Assembly: GCA_019694455.1 (NCBI GenBank)
Contig: JAIBBY010000003.1
Span: forward strand, 597 to 64,596
Length of the DNA: 64,000 nucleotides
Direction of reading: 5' to 3'
Origin: Pirellulales bacterium
GTDB lineage: Bacteria > Planctomycetota > Planctomycetia > Pirellulales > JAEUIK01
The position numbers and the translations under genes were made by a program. Shown here piece after piece: positions 62,700 through 64,000 of the stretch. The notes beneath the pieces were generated by a model. The model was not told where the DNA came from, made no database searches, and was given only the letters and a program-made list of their open reading frames with translations. Each line of letters opens with the position of its first letter. Position 1 is the first letter of the stretch.

Positions 62700-64000
62700 A
62701 TGCGCTATCCACTGCGCTATCAAGTGTTTGTACCGATGTCGCTGACCATGCTGGCGACGGTGATCGCCATTTGTGTGCTCACCGGCTGGTTGGCCACGCG
62801 CCGCGCCTACCGGCAGGTGCAATACGATCTTGACCGAATTGCCGATACGCTCCAAGCCAGCGCCTTTCCGCTCAACAACGCCACCCTGGAGAAAATGCGC
62901 GGACTCTCCGGCGCCGAGTTTGTTTTATTGCGCGCTGGCCGCACCGTCGCCAGCAGCCGCGATTGGCCCCAGCCGGTGGAACAAGTCTTGGGCGCCGCCA
63001 ACTCGCCGGCGCCCGCCGGTCTGGGACGTTCGGTGATGCTCGGGGGCGAGGCCTATTTCGAGCGGCAAGTCGCCATCACTGCCAGCGCCTCCAATGAGGC
63101 CGGCATGAGCCTGTTTGCGCTATATCCGGAAACGGCTTGGCGAGCAGCGCGGCGCGAGGCCATATTCCCCTCCTTCGTGGCAGGCTTGGCCGGCATCCTG
63201 GCCACGGCTGTGGTGGCCGTGATGGTGTCGCGGCGAGTGACCCAACCCATTCGCGTGGTCGCCGAGCGCATGGAAAGACTGGCCAGCGGCGTCTTTGAGC
63301 AATCGCCGACGCCCGCACGCAACGACGAGGTGCGCGATCTGGTAGTGACAGCCAATTGGCTGGCGCATGAACTATCACAATTGCATCAGGCGATTCGCCG
63401 CGGCGAGCGGCTGACGCTGTTGGGGCGATTGAGCGGCGGCTTGGCGCATCAATTGCGCAACGGCGTCACCGGGGCACGGCTCGCAATGCAGTTGCACCGG
63501 CGCGCGTGTGATGTCGACGAAGAAAGCCTGCAAACAGCCCTCCGTCAGCTAGATTTGGTCGAGGAGCAGTTGTGCGGCTTCTTGTCGCTTGGCAAGCAAC
63601 AGTTGTGTCGGACCAGCGATTGCGATCTGCGGCAATTGGCTAAGGACGTGCAAGCATTGATCCAACCGAACTGCGCCCATCGTCAAGTGATTCTGCAACT
63701 CGAACTGCCTAACGAGCCGCTCGTGGTGTGCGGCGACCTGGCTCAGATGAGGCAGCTTTTGTTGAATCTGACCATCAACGCCTTGGAAGCGGTCGAGGCC
63801 TGCGCGCATCGCATCGTGACAATTCGCCTCGAACGGCTCGCGCAGTCGGCGCGCGTCTTGGTATGCGACACTGGCCCGGGCGTCGCGACAGCAGTCGAAG
63901 CCGATCTCTTTGAACCCTTCGCTAGTTCCAAGCCCGAGGGAATAGGGCTTGGGCTTGCCGTCGCCAGTCAAATCGCCAGATCGCATGGCGGCTCGTTGAC
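62700..64000 (+). CDS. Sensor histidine kinase (TM-HAMP-HisKA-HATPase), 3' end cut by the window edge
   Basis: Not in the ORF track because there is no stop codon in the window; I translated it manually from the ATG at 62700. H-box 'LSGGLAHQLRNGV', N-box 'LLLNLTINALEA', G1 'DTGPGV', G2 'GIGLGLA'. Confidence 0.8.
   Translation, partial: MRYPLRYQVFVPMSLTMLATVIAICVLTGWLATRRAYRQVQYDLDRIADTLQASAFPLNNATLEKMRGLSGAEFVLLRAGRTVASSRDWPQPVEQVLGAANSPAPAGLGRSVMLGGEAYFERQVAITASASNEAGMSLFALYPETAWRAARREAIFPSFVAGLAGILATAVVAVMVSRRVTQPIRVVAERMERLASGVFEQSPTPARNDEVRDLVVTANWLAHELSQLHQAIRRGERLTLLGRLSGGLAHQLRNGVTGARLAMQLHRRACDVDEESLQTALRQLDLVEEQLCGFLSLGKQQLCRTSDCDLRQLAKDVQALIQPNCAHRQVILQLELPNEPLVVCGDLAQMRQLLLNLTINALEAVEACAHRIVTIRLERLAQSARVLVCDTGPGVATAVEADLFEPFASSKPEGIGLGLAVASQIARSHGGSL

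Overview
GC-rich bacterial chromosomal segment. Gene content and protein style suggest a Planctomycetota/Pirellulales-like organism, but that is inference only. I support about 55 CDS, one tRNA-Ser(UGA) and several sequence-level repeats and regulatory candidates.

Layout:
- 1-10.95 kb: ordinary metabolism and envelope genes. These are a GT4 glycosyltransferase, asnB, glgC, an aminotransferase / ANL-ligase / MBL-hydrolase operon, and a triple-PDZ protein.
- 10.97-15.5 kb: an accessory patch of small unknown ORFs, including two convergent paralogs and an orphan RtcR-family (CARF + sigma-54 AAA+ + HTH) activator.
- 15.5-23.0 kb: a 7.5-kb element integrated into tRNA-Ser, bounded by an exact 19-bp direct repeat. 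It carries an integrase, an excisionase-type HTH, an AEP primase, a DnaB-like ATPase, iteron arrays and a P27-family small terminase, but no virion genes. This is a phage-satellite/PICI-like architecture.
- 23.4-29.9 kb: a GT-C-like membrane protein, tex and small ORFs.
- 29.9-47 kb: a lipid-type PKS locus. It has a 3628-aa KS / CLF-like KS / AT / 3xACP / AAT(peptidase C45)-like / KR / KR / DH megasynthase, a FabL-type enoyl reductase, a stand-alone thioester reductase with an SCP2-like tail, an MMPL/RND transporter and an HHxxxDG condensation-type acyltransferase.
- 47.5-64 kb: housekeeping and envelope genes. These include a hydrolase, TauE, a sarcosine-oxidase-like enzyme, a strictosidine-synthase-like protein, Gfo/Idh/MocA, an FHA coiled-coil protein, DksA-like, HtrA, a nucleoside hydrolase, a metallophosphoesterase and a partial histidine kinase.

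The most interesting candidates are the satellite-like island, with a possible sigma-54/CARF link, and the PKS-TR-MMPL-acyltransferase locus with an embedded AAT-like domain. All functional calls rest on motifs read by eye. No database search was run.
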